Assembly: GCF_013177435.1 (NCBI RefSeq) | Contig: NZ_CP053627.1 | Span: forward strand, 1 to 32,000 | DNA: 32,000 nucleotides | Source of the DNA: Xylella taiwanensis | Lineage (GTDB): Bacteria; Pseudomonadota; Gammaproteobacteria; Xanthomonadales; Xanthomonadaceae | Direction: 5' to 3' | Shown here: positions 28,687-32,000 of the stretch, piece by piece | How positions within the stretch are numbered: the stretch's first letter is position 1 | Layout of the letters: each line of letters begins with the position of its first letter | Position numbers and translations under genes: made by a program | The notes under the pieces: generated by a model | Database searches by the model: none | What the model saw: the letters and a program-made list of their open reading frames with translations, nothing else | Told to the model about the DNA's origin: nothing

Positions 28687-31600
28687 ATGAAAAAGACTGT
28701 TCTCAATGCTGCTTTGAATCGGGTGATGGCGATACTTATCGGTACACTCGCTGGTATAAGCGGTGCGGTGCAGGCGGGAGTGGAGATCTCTCAGTCCCCG
28801 TTGTATGTTGGCAGCGAAGTGCCTGGCAATCTTGCCATTGTTGCGTCTGTCGAGTATCCCACGTTGGTCAGTGTGGCTAACCTTGCCAGCACCTACACGC
28901 AAGGAGTTAGGTATGTTGGGTACTTCGATTCCAACAAGTGCTACCAATACAATTACAGTGCTGATGAGCGCCAGCGTTACTTCTATCCCGTTGCGTCTCC
29001 AAGGCCTAAAGCCGATTACAGTTGCGATACCTCCCGGGGTGCGTGGGCCGGGAATTTTCTGAACTGGGCCGCCACCCAGACGATCGATCCGTTCCGCTCC
29101 GCATTGACCGGCGGTTATCGCGTGCGCGACACGACCAACGAGACAATTCTGGAAAAAGCAGACATGGATCGCCCGTATCAGGTGAATTACCCGCGTCGCA
29201 CGCTCGAAGGCCGGAATTTGCTCGCCGCTTCAGTGCCTGCGCAGTGGGGCAGATTCCGTATCCGCATCGATGGCCTCGGCAACACAATGCGGTTTACTCA
29301 GGCGACCCCCGCCTTCTCCAATTGGTGGCAAGAACCTTTAGAGAAGGACGGTCAATTTTACGATCCTTCCAAGCACGCATTGAACTGGAATGATAATGGC
29401 ATTTACGAAGTCAGCGTCCGGGTCAAGGTGTGTGATCCATTGGTCGGCCTGGAGCCCAACTGTGTGGCCTATCCCAGTGGCTCCTACAAGCCCGAGGGGC
29501 TGATCCAGCAATATTCCAAGCGCATCCGATATAGCATTTTCGGTTATAAAAATGATGACAGTACTGTGGTGGACGGAGGCGTGTTGCGTGCCAATCAGAA
29601 GTTTGTCGGACCCAAGACCTACTATCCGAATGAAGGCGAGAAAACCAATCCCTATGCGGAATGGGATGCGCAGACCGGCATCTTCTATCCCAATCCCAAT
29701 CCTGCTGATGCCGCGGCGACCACCCAGCGGGTGGGCCGTACGATCGCTCATTCCGGTGTGATCAACTATTTGAATAGATTTTCTCAGATGAATACCGGTA
29801 AGAGCGCAAAAGGGTATGACCCTGTCAGTGAGCTCTACTACACGGTAGTTCGCTATTTCAAAGGGTTGGGCGATATTCCAGAATATTCAGTATTGACCGG
29901 TTCGGTAAACGAAAAGTACCAGCAGGCCGATGCCTTCCCGGTGATTACGACCTGGGATGATCCTATCCGTTATGCCTGCCAGAGCAATGTTGTCCTTGGA
30001 ATTGGTGACACTCACACCAATTTTGACAAGAATCTGCCCGGTGATACCAACACCGAGGGAGAGCCTGCCAAACCGCAATTGGTCAGAAACGATACAAGCG
30101 TTGACGTGGTTAAACGTATGGCGCAGATCTTCCAGATGGAGGGCAGGAGCCGGGCTGATGCGCTGGCGGCGGCCCGGGCATCTACTTTCAACTTTCATAA
30201 TAAAAATTCGGCTTATATTGCAGCGCTGGCTTACGATGCCCATACCAAGGACATGCGTCCTGATCTTGAAGGGGATCAGTTTTTAACGACCTACTGGGTC
30301 GACGTGGTGGAGGCTGAGGACTACAAAAATCCAGTAGAAACTAACCAATACTGGTTGGCCGCGAAATATGGCGGATTTCAAGTGCCTGCCGGTTACGATC
30401 CGGATAAGACGCTCAAAGCTCTGCCAGAGGCTACCTGGTGGAGTAGCCGCGAGTACTTCACTGACGATAAAAACAATCGTACCTTCAAGCGTGCGGACAA
30501 TTTCTACATTGCTGCTGACGCAGAAAAGATGGTGTCCAGCCTGAACAAAGCATTCTCGCGGATCGTGGCCGAGACAAAGGGCTCAGGCACCGGATTGTCC
30601 AGTAATGGTGCCAGGCTTGAAACCGGCGCCGTCACCTACCAGACACAGTTTTTCAGCGGCACCTGGCGTGGCGATCTGAGCGCCTATCACGTGGACAAAG
30701 TGACCGGTGCGCTCACTCCGTTTTGGAGCGCGAACGCGAACTTCCCGGCGTGGGACCGGCGCGTCATCAAGTTTTCTAGTGCCGCCACACTGAAAGACTT
30801 CACCAAAAACAACCTAAGCCAAACGCCACTGGCATCGGCCAGTGCCGCGCAGATTGATTACCTGCGCGGTAATCGTAGCCAGGAGGGCAGCGGGCCGGGC
30901 AAGCTCCGGGTACGCAGCGGCCTCATGGGGGATATTGTCAACTCCCAGCCGTTGTATGTGGGCGCGCCCAACCCCCGGCTATACACAGCGGCGCGCTTCA
31001 GCGGGGCGTCGGCTTATGCAGCGTTCGCCGCCGTGCAGGCCAACCGCGTGCCGGTGATCTACGTGGGGGCCAATGACGGCATGCTGCATGCCTTCAATGC
31101 CAATAACGGTACAGAGATCTTTGCCTTTGTCCCTCAAGCGGCGATGCCCAGATTGCTTGAGTACACCGATCAGAACTACGTACACCAGTATTACGTTGAT
31201 GGGGAGCTGACCGCGGCCGATATTTACGACACGACTTTACGGACGTGGCGTTCGGTGCTGGTGGGGACCCTGGGCCGTGGCGGGACAGGCGTGTTCGCCT
31301 TGGATGTGACCGACCCTTCCAATATTGGTGTGCTATGGGACAAAACGTCTACGGACATCAGCGGTCTGGGAAATATCCTAAACAAACCCATGATTGTTCA
31401 GACGTCTGATGGGACATGGTCCGTTTTGCTTGGCAATGGTCCCAACAGCACCGCAGACAACGCCCAACTGATCGTGATCAACCTGCTGACTGGCCAAGCA
31501 ACCCAAATAGCTGTGAGCAAGGCTTCAAGCAATGGACTGTCGGGTGTGCTGCCTTGGTCCAGTCAGGGCAACGGCATCACGGATCGCGTGTATGCCGGGG

Positions 31601-32000
31601 ACCTGCTGGGCACGCTGTGGCGCTTCAGTCTTACCGATCGCGTGTGGAAGGCGGAGCCGATGTTCAATGCCGAGTATCAGGGAAAGGCGCAGCCGATCAC
31701 CGCAACGCCGCTGGGGGCCATCGAGCGATCCACTGGACGCACGTGGATCTTCTTTGGGACGGGCCGTGCGTTGTCTTCGCATGATCTGGGTAACAAGGAG
31801 GTCCAGAGCTGGTATGGCTTGATTGACCAGGGGACGACGATCAAAGGGCGCAGCACGCTCAGCCAGGTGCAGATTCTTGATGAGGGCGAAGTCAATCATG
31901 ATGCCGTTCGTGTGGTGGCCGATCCTGGCAATGTTGGTGCTGATGGCTGGTACATGGATTTGATCTCGCCGCAGTCCGGCAAGCAGGGAGAACGGATGAT
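28687..32000 (+). CDS. pilY1: type IV pilus tip adhesin / biogenesis factor PilY1 (5' part, continues beyond the window)
   Basis: Judged open from ATG 28687 to base 32000 (about 1104 codons) on hand translation of stretches. Not listed in the ORF track, probably because it has no stop in the window. Signal peptide [30 protein letters not shown]. Blocks [75 protein letters not shown] and DGWYMDL. Confidence 0.9.
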   Translation, partial: MKKTVLNAALNRVMAILIGTLAGISGAVQAGVEISQSPLYVGSEVPGNLAIVASVEYPTLVSVANLASTYTQGVRYVGYFDSNKCYQYNYSADERQRYFYPVASPRPKADYSCDTSRGAWAGNFLNWAATQTIDPFRSALTGGYRVRDTTNETILEKADMDRPYQVNYPRRTLEGRNLLAASVPAQWGRFRIRIDGLGNTMRFTQATPAFSNWWQEPLEKDGQFYDPSKHALNWNDNGIYEVSVRVKVCDPLVGLEPNCVAYPSGSYKPEGLIQQYSKRIRYSIFGYKNDDSTVVDGGVLRANQKFVGPKTYYPNEGEKTNPYAEWDAQTGIFYPNPNPADAAATTQRVGRTIAHSGVINYLNRFSQMNTGKSAKGYDPVSELYYTVVRYFKGLGDIPEYSVLTGSVNEKYQQADAFPVITTWDDPIRYACQSNVVLGIGDTHTNFDKNLPGDTNTEGEPAKPQLVRNDTSVDVVKRMAQIFQMEGRSRADALAAARASTFNFHNKNSAYIAALAYDAHTKDMRPDLEGDQFLTTYWVDVVEAEDYKNPVETNQYWLAAKYGGFQVPAGYDPDKTLKALPEATWWSSREYFTDDKNNRTFKRADNFYIAADAEKMVSSLNKAFSRIVAETKGSGTGLSSNGARLETGAVTYQTQFFSGTWRGDLSAYHVDKVTGALTPFWSANANFPAWDRRVIKFSSAATLKDFTKNNLSQTPLASASAAQIDYLRGNRSQEGSGPGKLRVRSGLMGDIVNSQPLYVGAPNPRLYTAARFSGASAYAAFAAVQANRVPVIYVGANDGMLHAFNANNGTEIFAFVPQAAMPRLLEYTDQNYVHQYYVDGELTAADIYDTTLRTWRSVLVGTLGRGGTGVFALDVTDPSNIGVLWDKTSTDISGLGNILNKPMIVQTSDGTWSVLLGNGPNSTADNAQLIVINLLTGQATQIAVSKASSNGLSGVLPWSSQGNGITDRVYAGDLLGTLWRFSLTDRVWKAEPMFNAEYQGKAQPITATPLGAIERSTGRTWIFFGTGRALSSHDLGNKEVQSWYGLIDQGTTIKGRSTLSQVQILDEGEVNHDAVRVVADPGNVGADGWYMDLISPQSGKQGERM

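Noticed and set aside
28675-31899. Numerous 60-137-aa ORFs on both strands in the last 3.3 kb
   Set aside because: All overlap the long open pilY1 frame (frame 1 from 28687), which has clear family motifs.

Overview
This window looks like the replication-origin region of a Xanthomonadaceae chromosome. Gene order and protein sequences most resemble Xylella; that is judged from memory, since no search could be run. It is mostly core genome, and I found no CRISPR array, defence operon or clearly novel multi-gene system.

Gene content in order:
- dnaA (ATG at base 1), a DnaA-box spacer, dnaN, recF and gyrB.
- A CPBP-type membrane protease, an M48 lipoprotein metalloprotease and a secreted TPR protein.
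- The tonB-exbB-exbD-exbD cluster.
- An S9 serine peptidase, a small membrane protein and hemF.
- No intact gene between 18.6 and 22.0 kb. This stretch reads as the decayed scar of an integrative element next to a tRNA(CAU). It holds an IS1595-family transposase pseudogene, integrase-like remnants and a 59/60-nt inverted repeat pair.
- A class I DAHP synthase on the minus strand, then a 1.7-kb gene-poor stretch.
- The type IV pilus minor-pilin operon fimT-pilV-pilW-pilX-pilY1. pilY1 runs off the window end and is missing from the supplied ORF track.

Most interesting observations:
1. A leader peptide with the run FYFWYYAF, plus mutually exclusive terminator and antiterminator helices, sits directly upstream of DAHP synthase. 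This is a candidate attenuator sensing Phe, Tyr and Trp together.
2. The inverted-repeat-bracketed island scar.
3. An abnormally AT-rich first 5 kb, with long ORF-free spacers around recF and a G11 tract.
4. A C11 tract inside tonB.

All family assignments rest on motifs read by eye.
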